NCBI GenBank assembly: GCA_938045545.1
Contig: CALIBN010000015.1
Coordinates: 1 to 64,000 of the forward strand
Origin: an uncultured archaeon
GTDB taxonomy: Archaea; Thermoproteota; EX4484-205; JAAOZP01
Direction of reading: 5' to 3'
Length of the DNA stretch: 64,000 bases
Below are positions 62,280 through 64,000 of the stretch, in pieces. Below the pieces are notes generated by a model. That model saw only the letters and a list, made by a program, of their open reading frames with translations. It searched no databases and had not been told where the DNA came from. Made by a program: the position numbers and the translations under genes. Each line of letters begins with the position of its first letter. Position 1 is the first letter of the stretch.

Positions 62280-63437
62280 TTAAGTCTTTAAAATCTTGTC
62301 TAAGTGTTTGAAGTTCTCCTTCCTGATCGGATACTTTCCAACCTTTTTAGCATATTCAACCTCGTACCTTAAGAGTTCAGGAGGAACGTTGGCATATGTT
62401 TCGCCACCGTTGTCGAAAGCATAGCCACCACCAGCTGCAGCGTGAAATATGCATTTCTCAACCTCAAGCTCAATGTTTTCAAAAGATCCGTTGACTAGAA
62501 CCCTCCAGTCAGCGTTGCCGTTGAAGAACACTTTCCCCTTAAATGCTTCAGCAATCTTTTTAATATCGTTCTCAACGCCCACATCGGCCTCATTTATCCT
62601 GTAAATGTTTACAAGTATGCCCGTTATGTGGTCCATGTGAGAATCCATGTGCAAGTAACGATATTCAGTACCGTGCCGCTCGTAAAGCCTCAGGTTATAA
62701 GGCAGCGTGAACTCCTCGTACATATCCTTGCTCAAGTAGCCCGAATGATCGTCGGCCAGGCCGAGGCTCCCTGGTCCAGAACCAGAAATCTCATAGTAAT
62801 ATTCCTGAAGCTGGTTGAAGGTTTCCTCCAGTTTTCTGAAAAGCCTATGCATGTCGCTGGGACTCTCGTAGAGCCAGCGGTACAGTTTCTCGGGACCAGT
62901 CAACGAGCCTGCAGCTGAAACCGGTGGATGTATCTGGAGCCTGCCGCCGACTGGAAGACCCTCATAGTTTTTCCTGACAAGCTCCCTAAACTTTTCAAGC
63001 TTCTCATAGTAAGCCTGAATACCCCTGTGGCGACGAGGGTCAGGAACCTCCAGCCTATCGATATCCTCAAGGGTCTTAATCCGGGGGATTATCCATGGGC
63101 TGAGCCAAGGGTTTCTCTCATCCGGCATTTCAATCTTGCAGTCGAAAACAATGCCTTCAGATACGGCTCCGAGGTCTAGATGCACTCGTATTTCTGTCAA
63201 ATCATCCTTAAGCCATCTGAGCCTCCATTTCAACCCTTTCACCTGAGCATCCAGCATTATACTCATGTCGTTGTAATATTCGGCAAAAGTATAGTCGAAG
63301 AGCCTAGCATAATATGGGCCTCCAAGCCCTATGACCACCGGAACCCTGTCAGACTCCTTGAACTGGGCAGCTTCCTCCAAACGCTTCCTATTCTCCTCTA
63401 GAACGCTAGAATACTTGGCTCGGTTGAAGGGCTCCAT
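62280..63437 (-). CDS. UroD/MtaA family protein
   Basis: DRVPV, LADD, YEEFTLPY, LHMDSH, GGGY. Confidence 0.88.
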   Translation of the reverse strand: MEPFNRAKYSSVLEENRKRLEEAAQFKESDRVPVVIGLGGPYYARLFDYTFAEYYNDMSIMLDAQVKGLKWRLRWLKDDLTEIRVHLDLGAVSEGIVFDCKIEMPDERNPWLSPWIIPRIKTLEDIDRLEVPDPRRHRGIQAYYEKLEKFRELVRKNYEGLPVGGRLQIHPPVSAAGSLTGPEKLYRWLYESPSDMHRLFRKLEETFNQLQEYYYEISGSGPGSLGLADDHSGYLSKDMYEEFTLPYNLRLYERHGTEYRYLHMDSHMDHITGILVNIYRINEADVGVENDIKKIAEAFKGKVFFNGNADWRVLVNGSFENIELEVEKCIFHAAAGGGYAFDNGGETYANVPPELLRYEVEYAKKVGKYPIRKENFKHLDKILKT

Positions 63438-63574
63438 CGGGAATGCTCAATAAAACCATCCTATTTAAAACTTAGGCTGCTAAACACTATGACCAGTAAT
63501 TGCCCAAATGCTTATTTCTAAGACGACTTGCGGCGATGATCTTAAATATGTCTGCAGCAGGCGGGAGAGGTGAC

Positions 63575-64000
63575 ATGCTGATGAAGGATAGAATCTTCCC
63601 GGCTTTCAAGAGGCCCAGGAAGCTCAGGGTACTTGATGTCCGCCCATATTCTTGGCATGAACAGATGACGATAACTTGCGCACAGGGCTTGATCAACCGT
63701 GTTATGCCAAGAGTCTATCTGGTTTTCGACGATTACGTTGACAGGCTGTGGTTGTCAATCTACGGGAAAAGATACGGTGTTAAGCATGAGGAGGTTAACA
63801 GCCTCTACGAGCTACTGTCATACTTTAGAAAGGAAATAGCAGGGTTTGTGGTTTACGACGAGAACATGCTGCACTCTTCGAACGTGGCTATGACTTACGG
63901 GAGTATTCGCAACGCGGTTCCAGCGTCACCAGAGGTTGCGGAAAGGCTTTCTGAAGCTGGCTTCAGGAAAGTAGCCGACTTCAGGGGGAGATGGAGAAAC
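63575..64000 (+). CDS. GxGYxYP-domain (putative glycoside hydrolase) protein, N-terminus, runs off the window
   Basis: Open frame after GAGGTGA: AQGLINR..PRVYL..WL..GFVVYD..NVAMT..DFRGRW. Confidence 0.75.
   Translation, partial: MLMKDRIFPAFKRPRKLRVLDVRPYSWHEQMTITCAQGLINRVMPRVYLVFDDYVDRLWLSIYGKRYGVKHEEVNSLYELLSYFRKEIAGFVVYDENMLHSSNVAMTYGSIRNAVPASPEVAERLSEAGFRKVADFRGRWRN

Overview
Archaeal genomic window. Archaeal TATA boxes, GGTGA/GGAGG ribosome-binding sites, Trm14, archaeal TldD/PmbA and the gene content fit a thermophilic Thermoproteota heterotroph; Brockarchaeota- or Bathyarchaeia-like is my inference. It contains a Thermococcales-type glycerol operon (glpK, G3P dehydrogenase, NADH oxidase, DUF1667) and a compact tetrahydrofolate C1 cluster (MetF-like, fhs, stand-alone mtrH, purN, folD, folC, and a 5-formyl-THF cyclo-ligase fused to an ECF S-component-like membrane domain). 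It also carries four UroD/MtaA-family proteins next to carbohydrate enzymes, two TA modules (VapBC, HEPN-MNT), an SPFH/zinc-ribbon membrane operon, a winged-helix plus ATPase/nuclease-fold gene pair and about a dozen decayed accessory genes. Signals not visible in the ORF track: a structured ~180-nt leader upstream of folD-purN; two cargo insertions each bounded by a synonymously diverged copy of the upstream gene's 3' end; three dispersed TnpB 3'-end remnants; and a two-repeat CRISPR-like unit. No rRNA, tRNA or cas genes were seen. All family calls come from motif recognition, not database searches.
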